Shown in pieces: positions 63,968 to 64,000 of a DNA stretch of 64,000 nt. How positions within the stretch are numbered: position 1 is the first letter of the stretch; every line of letters starts with the position of its first letter. A program made the position numbers and the translations under genes. Below the pieces are notes generated by a model. The model made no database searches. It saw only the letters and a list, made by a program, of their open reading frames with translations, and had not been told where the DNA came from. This stretch comes from Candidatus Nomurabacteria bacterium (GTDB lineage: Bacteria > Patescibacteriota > Minisyncoccia > Phycocordibacterales > UBA918): contig JACKGH010000001.1 of assembly GCA_020632075.1 (NCBI GenBank), forward strand, positions 601,778-665,777, in the 5' to 3' direction.

Positions 63968-64000
63968 AGCAGCAACTGTTGCTACAAGGAGTACTTTAAG

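Overview
This 64-kb window reads like a compact, gene-dense bacterial chromosome segment, most likely from a CPR/Patescibacteria-type organism. I infer this from a short MetK (315 aa), an archaeal-type UMP kinase, weak SD usage on most genes, and a 16S with two mismatches in the 515F primer region (GTGCCAGCAGGAGCGGTAA). Housekeeping genes present are rsmI, metK, murC, murD, a PgeF-like protein, a VanX-like M15 peptidase, pyrH, a TyrA-like dehydrogenase, secDF, folD, rplJ-rplL, ftsK and recA. The rRNA genes are dispersed, all on the minus strand: 16S stands alone at about 9.6-11.1 kb, tRNA-Ile(GAU) lies about 1.1 kb further downstream with two protein genes in between, and 23S-5S sits about 27 kb away. 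Between 23S and 5S there is a tRNA-like gene with a 57-nt insertion in its D-loop. The 16S lacks the canonical CACCUCC tail directly after helix 45, although several genes in the window carry strong canonical SD sequences. The most striking protein content is a set of large cell-surface proteins:
- Two tandem paralogous giant proteins (1215 and 1482 aa). Each has an N-terminal signal peptide, a mid-protein TM hairpin whose second helix begins with Met and looks like an internal signal peptide, and a shared ~200-aa C-terminal CARDB-like/Ig-like module ending in ET. A membrane-anchored VWA protein lies beside them, followed by a SEDS (RodA/FtsW) gene and an exopolysaccharide-type glycosylation cassette (epimerase, WbaP-like sugar transferase, GT4).
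- A 1138-aa beta-helix protein and a 674-aa secreted protein, both carrying PG_binding_1-type peptidoglycan-binding domains.
- A 1922-aa tail-fibre-like repeat protein containing a 617-nt block that is 100% identical in two adjacent repeat units.
A 5-kb stretch at 12.0-17.3 kb encodes only secreted, lipo- and membrane proteins of unknown function and appears GC-richer than its surroundings. I found no CRISPR array, transposase or integrase.
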